Below the pieces are notes generated by a model. That model was not told the DNA's origin. It did no database searches and saw only the letters and a program-made list of their open reading frames with translations. Below, piece by piece: positions 36,475 to 45,757 of a stretch of 64,000 nt of DNA. Position numbers and translations under genes: made by a program. Source of the DNA: Gemmatimonadales bacterium. Its GTDB lineage: Bacteria > Gemmatimonadota > Gemmatimonadetes > Gemmatimonadales > GWC2-71-9. The stretch's first letter is position 1. Each line of letters begins with the position of its first letter. The DNA is taken from contig JBGAPX010000003.1 in assembly GCA_044221045.1 (NCBI GenBank), forward strand, positions 1-64,000, read 5' to 3'.

Positions 36475-37731
36475 GTGAGCCAGATCTTCCGCAAAGTCTC
36501 GCTCGACCGCCTGGCCTCACCCGAGCAGCTGGACCAACTGATGCGCGTCACCGACTCGCGCGGGTGGATCGCGCTGGCCGGGATCGCGCTGGTACTGCTG
36601 ACCGGCGTGGTCTGGGGCTGGCTGGGGCGGCTGCCCGAGCGGGTCGTGGGCCAGGGCATGCTGGTGCGCAGCGGCGGCGTGCTGCAGGTCATTCCCTCGG
36701 CCGGCGGACGAGTGGTCGACGTAGCCGTCGGGGTGGGGGACCATGTCACCGAGGGCCAGGTGGTGGCGCGGGTGGAACAGCCGGGGCTGGCGGACCGCCT
36801 GCGGAGCGCCCGGGCGACGCTCGCCAACCTGCAGGAGGCCGGGCGGGTGGCGGCGATGTACGGCCGCCGGGACAGCGACCTTCGCGGCACCATCCTGGCG
36901 CAGCAGCGGGCCAACCTGGAACGGGCGATCACCGCGGCCCGGGAGGATCTCGGGTGGCTCGGCGAGAAGATCACGAGCCAGGAACGCCTGGTGGCGGAGG
37001 GGCTGCTGACACGCACGACGCTGCTGGGGACCCGGCAGCAGTACGAGGCGACCCGCTCGCGCATCGCGGAATCAGAGAACCAGCTCACCCAGCTGGCCCA
37101 GCAGGGGCTGGCGCTGCAGAACCAGGCCGAAGGCGACGCCATCGCGGCCGGATTCCGGTTGCGCGAAGCGGCGGCGCAGGTGGAGCAGCTGGAGCGGGAG
37201 CTGAACGAAAGCTCGCGGGTGACCGCGCCGGCGACGGGGCGGATCCTGGAGCTGCTGACCGAGCGGGGCAGCCTGGTGGCCCCGGGCGAGCCGATCCTGG
37301 CGCTCGACCTCGTGGGCAAGGAAGTGAAGGACCTGGAGGCGGTGCTGTACGTGCCCGCCATCCATGGCAAGCAGATCCGGCCCGGCATGACCATCCAGAT
37401 CGCCCCCTCGACGGTGAAGCAGGAGGAGTACGGCCTGATGCTGGGGCGGGTGACCTACGTCTCCGACTTCCCCGCGACGAGCAAGGGCATGATGCGGGTG
37501 CTCAAGAACGACAAGCTGGTGTCGGCCCTGTCCGGGGGCGGCGCGCCCTACGAGGTGCACGCCGACCTGATCGTGGACCCGACCACCGTCAGCCAGTACC
37601 GGTGGTCGTCGTCCCAGGGCCCGCCGGTCAAGATCGAGAGCGGCACGCTCGCCATGGGCAACATCGTGGTGTCGTCGAAGCGTCCGCTGGAGATGGTGAT
37701 CCCGCTGGTTCGCAAGTCCACGGGCCTGTAG
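36475..37731 (+). CDS. HlyD-family secretion (membrane fusion) protein of the NHLP/Nif11 bacteriocin export-system type.
   Basis: N-terminal transmembrane helix, then LVRSGGVLQVIPSAGGRVVDVAVGVGDHVTEGQVVARVEQP (a biotinyl-lipoyl-like barrel) and a long coiled coil. Confidence 0.85.
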   Translation: MSQIFRKVSLDRLASPEQLDQLMRVTDSRGWIALAGIALVLLTGVVWGWLGRLPERVVGQGMLVRSGGVLQVIPSAGGRVVDVAVGVGDHVTEGQVVARVEQPGLADRLRSARATLANLQEAGRVAAMYGRRDSDLRGTILAQQRANLERAITAAREDLGWLGEKITSQERLVAEGLLTRTTLLGTRQQYEATRSRIAESENQLTQLAQQGLALQNQAEGDAIAAGFRLREAAAQVEQLERELNESSRVTAPATGRILELLTERGSLVAPGEPILALDLVGKEVKDLEAVLYVPAIHGKQIRPGMTIQIAPSTVKQEEYGLMLGRVTYVSDFPATSKGMMRVLKNDKLVSALSGGGAPYEVHADLIVDPTTVSQYRWSSSQGPPVKIESGTLAMGNIVVSSKRPLEMVIPLVRKSTGL

Positions 37732-37750
37732 CCCCGCTCCCGGTGCCCTC

Positions 37751-40042
37751 ATGACTGCACCCATCGCCGAACCCACCCTGGCGGGCCGCCTGCAGCGGGT
37801 CGTGGCCGGGGGCCGGGCCCGCATGGAGGCCTGGCTGCCGGGCGGCCGCCCCGCGTCGCCAGCCGGGGACGAACCGGCCCCGCCGCCGGCCCGTCCGCAC
37901 CGACGGGTGCGGACGCCGACGGTGCTCCAGATGGAAGCGGTCGAGTGCGGCGCGGCCTCGCTGGCCATGATCCTCGCGCATTTCGGCCGGCACGTGCCGC
38001 TGGAGGAACTGCGGCTGGCCTGCGGGGTGTCCCGCGACGGCAGCAAGGCCAACAACGTGCTCAAGGCGGCCCGGGAATACGGGCTGGTGGCGAAGGGGTT
38101 CAAGCGGGAGCCGGCCGACCTGGCGACGATGCCGGTCCCGATGATCCTGCACTGGAACTTCAACCACTTCATCGTCTTCGAGGGATTCCGGAAGGGGCGG
38201 GCGTACCTCAACGACCCCAACTCCGGCCCGGCGTCGACCACGCTCGAGGAGTTCGACCAGGCCTTCACCGGGGTGTGCCTGACCTTCAGTCCGGGGCCGG
38301 CGTTCGCGCCGGGTGGGGAGTCGCCCAGCCTGCTGGCGCCGCTGCGCCGGCGGCTCGCGGGCTCGGGCGGCGCGGTGGTGTTCGTGGTGCTGGCCGGCTT
38401 GTCGCTGCTGCTGCCCGGGCTGGTGGCGCCGACCTTCAACCGCATCTACCTCGACGACCTCCTGGTGAAGGGGCTGCACGAGTGGCTGCGTCCGCTGCTG
38501 TGGGTCATGGGCCTCACGGCGACGGTCACCTTCGGGCTGGTGCTCCTGCAGCAGCGCTACCTGCTGCGCTTCGAGAGCAAGCTGTCGCTGGATACCTCCG
38601 GCAAGTTCCTGTGGCACGTCCTGCGGCTCCCGGTGGAGTTCTTCACCCAGCGGTACGCGGGCGAGATCGGGAACCGGGTGGGGATCAACGACAAGATCGC
38701 CCGGCTGCTGTCCGGCGACCTGGCCACCACCACCCTGAACGTCCTGGTGATCGCGGGCTACGCCGCGCTGCTGGTGCAGTACGACGGGCTGCTGACGGCG
38801 CTGTGCGTGGGCACGGCGGTGCTCAACATCCTGGCGCTGCGTTACGTCTCGCGGCGGCGCACCGACCTGAACCAGCGGATCCTGCAGGACCGCGGCAAGC
38901 TGATGGGGACCGCGATGGGCGGGCTGCAGACCATCGAGACCCTGAAGGCGACGGGCTCGGAGTCGGACTTCTTCGCCCGCTGGTCGGGGTACCAGGCGAA
39001 GGTCTCCAATGCCTTCCAGGACCTGCAGCTCACCACGCTCTTCCTCTCCAACGTCCCGCCGCTCCTGCTGGGCGTGACCACGGCGCTGGTGCTGGGCGTG
39101 GGCGGGGCGCGGGTGATGGACGGCTACCTGACGATGGGCATGCTGATCGCCTTCCAGTCGCTGATGTTCGCGTTCCTGGCGCCGGTCAACAAGCTGGTGG
39201 AGCTGGGCAGCACGCTGCAGGAGGTCCGCGGCGACATGAACCGGCTCGACGACGTGCTGCGCTACCGCACCGATCCCGGCCTGGAGGCGCTCGCCCCGGT
39301 GCCCGCGGAGGGCCACGTCAAGCTCGAGGGCTACCTGGAGCTGCGCGGGGTCACCTTCGGGTACAACCGGCTCGACCCGCCGCTCATCCAGGACTTCAAC
39401 CTCCGGCTGACACCGGGCATGCGGGTGGCGCTGGTCGGCGGCTCCGGCTGCGGCAAGACCACCGTGGCCAAGCTGGTCGCGGGGCTGTACCAGCCGTGGA
39501 GCGGCGAGATCCTCTTCGACGGCAAGCCGCGGACCGAGGTGCCGCGGCCGGTCCTGGTCAACTCGTTCGCCGTGGTGGATCAGGAAGTGAGCATGTTCGA
39601 GGAGTCGATCAAGGACAACCTGACGCTCTGGAACCACACCGTGCAGGAGCATGACCTGGTGCAGGCGGCCCGCGACGCGGCGATCCACGCCGACCTGGCC
39701 GACCGCCCGGGCGGCTACGCCTCGATGGTCGAGGAGGGCGGCCGGAACTTCAGCGGCGGGCAGCGCCAGCGCATGGAGATCGCGCGAGCGCTGGTGCTCA
39801 ATCCCGCGATCATGGTGCTCGACGAGGCGACCAGCGCGCTCGACGCCACGACGGAGAAGGAGATCGATGAGAGCCTGCGACGTCGCGGCTGCACCTGCCT
39901 CATCGTGGCGCACCGGCTGAGCACCATCCGCGACTGCGACGAGATCCTGGTGCTGGACAAGGGCCGCATCGCGCAGCGCGGCACCCATGCCGAGCTGATG
40001 GCGGTGGCCGGCCACTACCGTGACCTGATCGCCGCCGAGTAA
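37751..40042 (+). CDS. ABC transporter with an N-terminal C39 peptidase domain (double-glycine leader peptidase, permease and ATPase).
   Basis: C39 catalytic Cys in LQMEAVECGAASLAMIL and His in NHFIVFEG. Six-helix transmembrane domain. Walker A GGSGCGKTT, signature FSGGQRQR, Walker B MVLDEATSALD. Confidence 0.9.
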   Translation: MTAPIAEPTLAGRLQRVVAGGRARMEAWLPGGRPASPAGDEPAPPPARPHRRVRTPTVLQMEAVECGAASLAMILAHFGRHVPLEELRLACGVSRDGSKANNVLKAAREYGLVAKGFKREPADLATMPVPMILHWNFNHFIVFEGFRKGRAYLNDPNSGPASTTLEEFDQAFTGVCLTFSPGPAFAPGGESPSLLAPLRRRLAGSGGAVVFVVLAGLSLLLPGLVAPTFNRIYLDDLLVKGLHEWLRPLLWVMGLTATVTFGLVLLQQRYLLRFESKLSLDTSGKFLWHVLRLPVEFFTQRYAGEIGNRVGINDKIARLLSGDLATTTLNVLVIAGYAALLVQYDGLLTALCVGTAVLNILALRYVSRRRTDLNQRILQDRGKLMGTAMGGLQTIETLKATGSESDFFARWSGYQAKVSNAFQDLQLTTLFLSNVPPLLLGVTTALVLGVGGARVMDGYLTMGMLIAFQSLMFAFLAPVNKLVELGSTLQEVRGDMNRLDDVLRYRTDPGLEALAPVPAEGHVKLEGYLELRGVTFGYNRLDPPLIQDFNLRLTPGMRVALVGGSGCGKTTVAKLVAGLYQPWSGEILFDGKPRTEVPRPVLVNSFAVVDQEVSMFEESIKDNLTLWNHTVQEHDLVQAARDAAIHADLADRPGGYASMVEEGGRNFSGGQRQRMEIARALVLNPAIMVLDEATSALDATTEKEIDESLRRRGCTCLIVAHRLSTIRDCDEILVLDKGRIAQRGTHAELMAVAGHYRDLIAAE

Positions 40043-40054
40043 CCCTCCGGTCCC

Positions 40055-43045
40055 TTGCGGGAGCCCACGCGCATGGCTGACACGCTTTCGACATCCCCCG
40101 ACGCGCCCGCGGTCGACGCCCGGCTCTTCGACGCCGATGGCGGGCAGTCGCTCGACGTGGGCAGCGACCAGCCGTTCCTGCTCGATGACGACCGGATGTG
40201 GCTGGTGCAGCAGGGCCACGTGGAGGTCTTCTGCGTCCGGCTGGACCGGGGGAAGGCCACCGGCGCGCGCCACCACCTGCTGCGGGTCGGCGCCGGGCAG
40301 CCCCTGTTCGGGCTCGGGCCCGAGGCCACCGGGGGCGAGTGGGGCCTCCTCGCCGTCGGGACGTCGGGGACGCGGCTGCTACCGGTCCGCCGGGCCGCGC
40401 TGCGCGCGCTGGGCCGCGATCCGGCGCACGCCGGGGAAGTGGCGGCCCTGCTCGATCACTGGATCCACGCCCTGTGCGCCGCGATCACCGGCGACCTGCG
40501 GCCGAAGCGCGTCACCGAGCTCGCCGCGGGTGAGCCCCACGTGGTCGAGGAACGCGGCGCCGCCCGGCCCCGGCCGCCGATCGGCTGGATCCGGCACTCG
40601 GCGGGGCACGCCCTCCTGCTGGGGCGGCCCGAACTCGAGGTGAACGGGCACGGGTTCACCCCCGTGGCGCGGTCGGCCTGGCTCGAGCTGCTGCCGGAGA
40701 GCCGCTTCGAACTGGTGGAGACGGGGACCCTGGTGGCGGACGACGATGCCTGGTTCGGGCTGAGCCGGCTGCATGCCCTCGTGCTCCGCTATATGGGGCT
40801 CCAGATCCTGGAGTCGCAGGGCCGGGAGCGCGAGCGGCTGGAAGCGAAGGCGGCGCACGACCGGTCGGCGCTGCAGCAGGCCTGCGCCCGGCTGGCGGTG
40901 AGTCTCGACCCGGAGCTGGCCGAGGGCGAGGAGCTCGCCGGCCCCACGGAGGCCGAGCGCCGAACCGACCCGCGCGCGCCAGACGCCCTGTTCCTCGCCT
41001 GCCGCCTGGTGGGCCGGGCCGCCGGCGTCACCGTCGTGCCGCACCCGGCCGGTGAGGGGTCGGCCGTGCCGCGGGATCCGCTGGAGGCGATCGCGCGGGC
41101 CAGCCGCCTGCGGATGCGCCGCCTGGCGCTGCGCGGCGAGTGGTGGCGGGAGGACAACGGGCCGATGGTCGCCCGGCTGGCCGACGGCGACCACCCCGTG
41201 GCCCTGCTGCGCGACCGGAAGGGACAGTACCGGCTGCACCATCCGGTCGACCGCACCGAGGTCACGGTCACCCGTGAGGTGGCCGACACGCTCCACCCCT
41301 TCGCCCATGCCTTCTACCGTCCGTTCGCCGCCACCCGGCTCGGCGTGCGGGATGTGCTCCAGTTCGGCTTCCGCGGCTGCCAGCGCGACCTGTGGATGCT
41401 GCTCGCCTGTGGCCTCGCGGCCGCGGCGCTCGGCATGGTCCCGTCGATCGCCACCGGGGTGCTGTTCAACGACGTCATCCCCGCGGCCGCGCGCCCGGCG
41501 CTGGTGCAGATGACCGTCATCCTGATCGTCTGCGCGCTCGTCACCAGCCTGTTCACCGTGGCCCGCGGCATCGCCCTCCTCCGCATCGAAAGCCGGATGG
41601 GTGCCAGTGTCCAGGCGGCGGTCTGGGACCGGCTGCTGGGGCTGCCGCTGGCGTTCTTCCGGCCGTACACCGCCGGCGACCTCGCGGTGCGGGCGATGTC
41701 CATCGACGCCATGCGCCAGGTCATCTCGGGCACCACGGTGACCGCGCTGATGGGCGGCCTCTTCTCGGTTGGCAACGTCGCCCTGATGTTCTGGTACAGC
41801 GCCTCGATGGCGTGGCGGGCCTCCCTGCTGATCGGACTGGTGATCCTGCTGACCGGCATCGGCAGCTACTTCCAGCTCCGCTACAACCGGCAGATCTACA
41901 CCCTGCAGTCCAAGGTCTCGGGCCTGGTCCTGCAGCTCCTGGGCGCGATCGCGAAGCTCCGGGTGGCCGGCGCCGAGGTCCAGGCGTTCGCCCGCTGGGC
42001 CGACCGCTTCGCCGAGCAGCGCCGGCTCCAGTACGGCGTGCGCCGGATCCAGAACTGGGTCAGCGCCCTCAATGCCGCATTCCCGGTCCTGGCCTACCTG
42101 GTCATCTTCTGGATCGCCCTCCCGCTGATCACCGAGGGCCAGGAGATGCGGACCGGCGACTTCATGGCCTTCCTCTCCGCCTACGCTTCGTCCTCGGCCG
42201 CTCTCCTCTCCACCTGCATGGCGCTGCTCTCGACCCTCAACATCGTGCCGCTGTACGAGCAGGCGCGGCCGATCCTCGAGGCCCTGCCCGAGGTCGGCGC
42301 CGGCAAGGCGGACCCCGGGGTGCTCACCGGCGAGATCGAGGTCCAGCACGCCGTGTTCCGCTACAACCCGGATGGCCCGCCGGTGCTCCGCGACGTGACG
42401 CTGCAGATCCAGCCGGGGCAGTTCCTCGCCCTGGTCGGACCCTCCGGTTCCGGCAAGTCGACGATCCTCCGGCTGCTGCTGGGCTTCGAGACCCTGGAGT
42501 CGGGCGCCATCTACTTCGACGGGCAGGAGCTCGGTGGCCTCGACGTTCAGGCGGTGCGGCGCCAGATCGGGGTGGTGCTGCAGAGCGGGCGGCTGATGTC
42601 CGGGGACATCTTCACGAACATCGTCGGGTCCTCGCTGGCCACCCTGGACGAGGCGTGGGACGCGGCCCGCATGGCGGGCCTCGACGACGACGTCCGGGCC
42701 ATGCCGATGGGGATGCACACCGTGATCAGCGAGGGGGGAGGCACCCTCTCCGGCGGCCAGCGGCAGCGGCTCCTGATCGCCCGGGCCATCGTGCACCGGC
42801 CCCGGCTGCTGTTCTTCGACGAGGCGACGAGCGCGCTGGACAACCGCACGCAGGCGATCGTCAGCCGAAGCCTGGAGCAGCTGCAGGCCACCCGGATCGT
42901 GGTGGCCCACCGGCTCAGTACCATCGTGAACGCGGACCGGATCATCGTCCTGGACCGTGGCCGCATCGTCCAGAGCGGCCGCTACGAGGAGCTGATGGCC
43001 CGCGAGGGACTGTTTCGCGAACTCGCTCGACGGCAGATCGCCTGA
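40055..43045 (+). CDS. ABC transporter permease/ATPase with an N-terminal cyclic-nucleotide-binding-like domain (NHLP export-system second ABC subunit).
   Basis: The N-terminal roughly 330 aa are cNMP-binding-like (no peptidase motifs). Then a transmembrane domain, Walker A GPSGSGKST, LSGGQRQR and FFDEATSALD. Confidence 0.85.
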   Translation: MREPTRMADTLSTSPDAPAVDARLFDADGGQSLDVGSDQPFLLDDDRMWLVQQGHVEVFCVRLDRGKATGARHHLLRVGAGQPLFGLGPEATGGEWGLLAVGTSGTRLLPVRRAALRALGRDPAHAGEVAALLDHWIHALCAAITGDLRPKRVTELAAGEPHVVEERGAARPRPPIGWIRHSAGHALLLGRPELEVNGHGFTPVARSAWLELLPESRFELVETGTLVADDDAWFGLSRLHALVLRYMGLQILESQGRERERLEAKAAHDRSALQQACARLAVSLDPELAEGEELAGPTEAERRTDPRAPDALFLACRLVGRAAGVTVVPHPAGEGSAVPRDPLEAIARASRLRMRRLALRGEWWREDNGPMVARLADGDHPVALLRDRKGQYRLHHPVDRTEVTVTREVADTLHPFAHAFYRPFAATRLGVRDVLQFGFRGCQRDLWMLLACGLAAAALGMVPSIATGVLFNDVIPAAARPALVQMTVILIVCALVTSLFTVARGIALLRIESRMGASVQAAVWDRLLGLPLAFFRPYTAGDLAVRAMSIDAMRQVISGTTVTALMGGLFSVGNVALMFWYSASMAWRASLLIGLVILLTGIGSYFQLRYNRQIYTLQSKVSGLVLQLLGAIAKLRVAGAEVQAFARWADRFAEQRRLQYGVRRIQNWVSALNAAFPVLAYLVIFWIALPLITEGQEMRTGDFMAFLSAYASSSAALLSTCMALLSTLNIVPLYEQARPILEALPEVGAGKADPGVLTGEIEVQHAVFRYNPDGPPVLRDVTLQIQPGQFLALVGPSGSGKSTILRLLLGFETLESGAIYFDGQELGGLDVQAVRRQIGVVLQSGRLMSGDIFTNIVGSSLATLDEAWDAARMAGLDDDVRAMPMGMHTVISEGGGTLSGGQRQRLLIARAIVHRPRLLFFDEATSALDNRTQAIVSRSLEQLQATRIVVAHRLSTIVNADRIIVLDRGRIVQSGRYEELMAREGLFRELARRQIA

Positions 43046-43066
43046 TCCGCCGATCCCATCCGGAGA

Positions 43067-44248
43067 ATGCCCATGCCGCGCCCGCTCTCGTCCCCGTCAC
43101 TCCGCCTGCTGCTGCCGGCGCTCGCCGCGCTCCTGGGTTGCCAGGGGGGCCCGGCGCGCGGCCCGAACGACCCGATCGTCCTGGGGGTGGCGTGGCCCTG
43201 GCAGGCCCGGCAGGGCCTGCGCTTCGAGGACGGCCTGACCCTGGCGATCGAGGAGACCAACGCGGCGGGCGGGGTGCTGGGCCGGCCGCTGTCCCTGCGG
43301 CGGGTCGATGACGAGGAGTCCGTGGACGCCGGGCGCCTCGCAGCCCAGGCGCTCGCGGCCGATCCCGAGGTGACGGCGGTGATCGGGCACCTGCAGTCGT
43401 ACGTGGCCGTGCCCGCGGCGGCGATCTACGACCTGGCGGGCAAGGTCCTCCTGGCGCCGGCGGCCACCGACCCGCGCCTCACCGCCCTGGGCTACCCGCG
43501 GGTGTTCCGGGCCACCTTCACCGACCGGGTCGTCGGTGAGACCCTGGCGAGCTACGCCCGGGCGCAGGGCTATCGCCGGATCGCGATCTGCTACATCCGC
43601 AACACCTACGGCCGCAACCTGGCCAACGCCTTCGAGGAGGACGCCATCGCCCATGGCCTGCAGATCGTGGCCCGCCAATCCTACGATCCCAGCGACCAGG
43701 TGAGCGAGCGCACGTTCAGCGAGATGGTGGCCGACTGGCGGCACGAACCGCTCGATGCCGTGTTCCTCGCCGGTGAAACCCCCTCGGCCGGCCACTTCCT
43801 GGTCGAGGCCCGCCGCCAGGGGCTGCAGGTGCCCGTCCTCGGTGGTGACGCGCTGAGTTCCCCCGAACTGCTGCAGGTGGCCGGCGCCGACGCCGAGGGG
43901 GTGGTGGTCGCCACGATCTTCCATCCCGACGATCCGCGCCCCGAAGTCCGCCGCTTCACGGACGCCTTCCGCCGACGCTTCGGCATCGCCCCGGACCCGG
44001 GCGCGGCGATCGGCTACGACGCGGTCCGCCTGCTCGCGGACGCCATGACGCGCGCCGGCTCGGTGGACCCGGCCCCCCTGGCCACGGCCCTGCACGCCAC
44101 GCGCGACTTCACGGGGGTGACCGGCACCTTCACCTTCGGCCCCGACGGCGACCTGATCGGCAAGGCACCGGTCATCGTCCAGGTGCGCCAGGGCGAGTTC
44201 GCCTTCCGGGGCGCGCCCGCGCCCGGCGCGCAGATGGCCGCGCGATGA
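43067..44248 (+). CDS. Periplasmic substrate-binding lipoprotein (type I PBP, LivK / branched-chain amino acid-binding-like); an orphan with no permease genes.
   Basis: Lipobox ALLGCQGG. Peripla_BP_6-type sequence IVLGVAWPWQARQG...AVIGHLQSYVAV... Confidence 0.75.
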   Translation: MPMPRPLSSPSLRLLLPALAALLGCQGGPARGPNDPIVLGVAWPWQARQGLRFEDGLTLAIEETNAAGGVLGRPLSLRRVDDEESVDAGRLAAQALAADPEVTAVIGHLQSYVAVPAAAIYDLAGKVLLAPAATDPRLTALGYPRVFRATFTDRVVGETLASYARAQGYRRIAICYIRNTYGRNLANAFEEDAIAHGLQIVARQSYDPSDQVSERTFSEMVADWRHEPLDAVFLAGETPSAGHFLVEARRQGLQVPVLGGDALSSPELLQVAGADAEGVVVATIFHPDDPRPEVRRFTDAFRRRFGIAPDPGAAIGYDAVRLLADAMTRAGSVDPAPLATALHATRDFTGVTGTFTFGPDGDLIGKAPVIVQVRQGEFAFRGAPAPGAQMAAR

Positions 44249-45417
44249 CGAGCGCCAGGGCCTGCCCCGCCGGCGCGCAGCACGACCCGGACTACCGCGC
44301 AGCCATCCTGCGGCGCCACGGGGCCGATGCCGGCACCCTCGCGGAGCTGCTGGCGTACACGGCGAGTGCGTTCTCGCGGCCCGACGTGATGCCGGCCGAC
44401 TATCCCCTGCCCGACGAGCGATTCGTTGCGGCCTGGGAGCGCTACGCCGCGTCGGCCGCGGAGCGCGGCGTGGTGCCCGTGCTCCGCGAGGCGCTGGTAC
44501 AGCTGCGCTTTCCCATCGTCGAGGGCATCAGCCAGACCGAGGCCTACCGCGCCGCGACCCAGCGGGGCGCAGGCCCGACGGAGGGGGCAGTGCATCCGGG
44601 GCTGGCCTTCGTCGCCCCCGACCGGATCGAGCTGCTGCTCTATCCCACGCCCGCGGGCCGGATCCCGGTGATCATCGCCCGGGAGCGCGCCGATTTCGAG
44701 ACCCTGGTCCGCGCCCTCACGCGGAAGAATGAGCCGGCGCCGGTGCCCCCGTCCATGGGCGCGTGCATCGTGGGCGGCTACAACAACTGGGAACGGGTGG
44801 CCCGGCTGCGGGAGGCGTGGCAGGCGGAGGTGGCGGAGCCGTCGGAGGCGGCGTGGGCGGAGGAATTCCGGGCCCTCGTGCCGCGAAAGGAGATGTACCA
44901 GGACCGGTTCATCCTGCTGAGCGCCGGCCCCTACAGCGCCGTGCCCGGCGCCGCCCTCGGCCTGAGCGCCACCGCCTGGGCCGAGCGCTCCCTGGTCCTG
45001 CGGCTGGAGCATGAATGCGCCCACTACTTCACGCGGCGGGTCTTCCAGTCCATGAGGAACGTGCTGCTCGACGAGCTGCTCGCCGATTTCATGGGAATCG
45101 TGGCGGTCCGCGGACGTTACTCTGCTGGCTGGTTCCTCCACTTCCTCGGGCTGGAGCAGTACCCCCAGTGCCGCGCCGGCGGCCGGATGGAGAACTACCG
45201 TGGCTCCCCGCCGCTCTCCGCCGCTGCCCTCGACGTGCTGTCGTCGCTGGTCCGGGCCGCAGCCTTCAACCTTGAACGGCTGGACCTGGAGCGATCCGCG
45301 CCGGCCTGGGGGCTGGTGGAAAAGGGCCGCACGCTCGCGACACTGACCGAAATGTCACTCGAGGCCCTCGGCGACCCGGCGATGGTCACGAGGGTGTGGA
45401 AAACGGCGCTGGGATGA
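44245..45417 (+). CDS. Hypothetical protein with an HExxH motif (putative metallopeptidase).
   Basis: RLEHECAHYFTRRVF contains HECAH. 4-bp overlap with the upstream gene. It is the last plus-strand gene before the regulatory gap. Confidence 0.55.
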   Translation: MTSARACPAGAQHDPDYRAAILRRHGADAGTLAELLAYTASAFSRPDVMPADYPLPDERFVAAWERYAASAAERGVVPVLREALVQLRFPIVEGISQTEAYRAATQRGAGPTEGAVHPGLAFVAPDRIELLLYPTPAGRIPVIIARERADFETLVRALTRKNEPAPVPPSMGACIVGGYNNWERVARLREAWQAEVAEPSEAAWAEEFRALVPRKEMYQDRFILLSAGPYSAVPGAALGLSATAWAERSLVLRLEHECAHYFTRRVFQSMRNVLLDELLADFMGIVAVRGRYSAGWFLHFLGLEQYPQCRAGGRMENYRGSPPLSAAALDVLSSLVRAAAFNLERLDLERSAPAWGLVEKGRTLATLTEMSLEALGDPAMVTRVWKTALG

Positions 45418-45419
45418 GA

Positions 45420-45757
45420 ACTGCCACGGAGGTGGCGAGATAGGCGCCTCACCGCACGCTGCGTGTTGACAGTGATTGTCGTGGATGTGGGTTTGTTGAC
45501 AGGCGGCGACTTCATGAACGCGCCGTTGCTGTGGATAACGAGCGTGAGGGAGCCTCGACGACGCGTCGTGCTGTGGATATGTACGCGCTTGACGAGTCTC
45601 AGGCTGAATCGAATATTGCGAACCGCTCCCACTGGCTAACAAGTCACGCCGGTGCATGTCCACGGACGGACACCCCCATCCTGCCGGCCCAGTCCACCGA
45701 AGGTCACCACCCTCGCGTGCTGGCGAACGGACGGATTCCCCACAGATCGGAGCCGCC
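45420..45757. promoter_or_regulatory. 338-bp lower-GC intergenic regulatory region upstream of the sigma-54 activator gene.
   Basis: Two TTGACA hexamers (gtgTTGACAgtg, gtttgTTGACAgg), a direct repeat GCTGTGGATA x2 (about 45527 and 45572), and A/T-rich tracts that are rare in this genome. Confidence 0.5.

Noticed and set aside
34632-42910. Long minus-strand ORFs (920, 882 and 843 aa) opposite the TolC, HlyD and ABC transporter genes.
   Set aside because: Antisense shadow ORFs. The plus-strand genes carry unambiguous Walker/C39/HlyD motifs.
45420-45757. Possible small ORF (45531-45764, 77 aa) or small RNA in the AT-rich gap.
   Set aside because: No RBS and no conserved peptide features. The promoter-like hexamers and direct repeats make a regulatory region for the sigma-54 activator gene more plausible. 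An sRNA cannot be excluded from sequence alone.
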